A DNA stretch of 64,000 bases from Octopus bimaculoides (taxonomy: Eukaryota), in NCBI RefSeq assembly GCF_001194135.2, contig NC_068989.1, positions 56,277 through 120,276 of the forward strand. Reading direction: 5' to 3'. Below the pieces are notes generated by a model. The model saw only the letters and a list, made by a program, of their open reading frames with translations, was not told the origin of the DNA and made no database searches. Shown here piece after piece: positions 63,173 to 64,000 of this stretch; the first letter of the stretch is position 1, and each line of letters starts with the position of its first letter. The translations under genes were made by a program, and so were the position numbers.

Positions 63173-63518
63173 GTGAGTAATTGATAATGCAATTAGTTTT
63201 GTGTTAATTGTGAAATGTGTGGTGGATGAAATTTTGATATTATATTCTGTCCCTTTGGTAAGACATTCTGTTTTTCACAATCTAGGAAATAACATGGAAT
63301 CAAGACAAGGAAAGATAGTGTTCTGAAACCCCTGTTCCACCTAAGCCATTTGGGGAAATAGATATTGAAGAGATATTAAATGACAGGGAAATTTCTTTAC
63401 CAGCTTGTGGTTCTGGGTGTGGCACTCTGGACAGATGTTTTCTATACCTTTAAGTTGACCAATTTTTTATGAGTAGTATTAGGTAGATGAAAACTTTGTA
63501 GAAGCCTATATATGCTTA

Positions 63519-64000
63519 CATCACCATCATCATCATCCGTTTTTTTCATGCTAGCATGAGATGGATGGTTTGACCAGAGCTAGCAAGCTGGGGAGCTGCA
63601 CCAGGCTCTAAGTCTGATTTGGCATAGTTTCTACTGCTGGATGCCCTTCCTAACATCCCAACCACTTTACACGGTTTGCTGGGTGCTTTTAATGTGGTAC
63701 AGCACAAGAGCTTTTACATGACACTGGAATGAGTGCTTTTTATGTGGCACTGACACAGGGGCTCTTGCAGGCCAATCCTCTTCACCGGGAGGTGGAGGGA
63801 GTGGACGTGACACTTCTACTGTGGAGTATGAGTCTTCTTGAGTATAGCAAGGCACTGGGTATCTCAGTCCTTTGTCATCTCATCTGAAAGGTTCAGTATC
63901 CTGAGGTCATTCTTCAGCACTGCGTACCATGTCTTCCTGGGTCTCCCTCTTCCATGTGCTCCATCTACTTTGAGAGATTGGAACTTCTTTATGGAGCTCT
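63519..64000 (-). mobile_element. RTE 3' end running off the window
   Basis: (cat)n...ttttcatgctagcatgagatgg; the reverse complement of GRPRKTWY lies near 63940. Confidence 0.8.

Overview
AT-rich, repeat-dense animal genomic DNA. The RTE-LINE and tRNA-SINE families, judged from recalled sequence and not a database search, point to a coleoid cephalopod (Octopus-like). The only protein-coding gene I can support is on the + strand: the 5' part of a beta-heavy spectrin (karst/sma-1/SPTBN5-like). I read 20 coding exons by hand from 31794 to 63172. All introns are GT-AG, the phases chain without a break, and the exons give about 911 codons (CH1-CH2 actin-binding domain, spectrin repeats 1-5, SH3 inserted in repeat 5). 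The gene continues past the window end. Only exon fragments appear in the supplied ORF track. The first 31.7 kb has no host coding exons. The upstream region and introns hold many RTE LINE fragments, tRNA-derived SINEs, a hAT element with a perfect 8-bp TSD, a mariner deletion derivative, Helitron and Helitron-like elements, a Penelope GIY-YIG relic, a gag-like (CCHC) LINE ORF1 relic, a foldback MITE, microsatellites and four N gaps. The most unusual observations are: (1) a 5'-clipped tRNA-Asp plus its 3' trailer fused to an RTE 3' tail and inserted as one unit into an older SINE; (2) three 'tail-only' RTE copies that all start at the same base just 5' of a 14-bp palindrome; (3) an inverted RTE duplicate sharing the same stop codons and microsatellite expansion. 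I cannot verify novelty without database searches.
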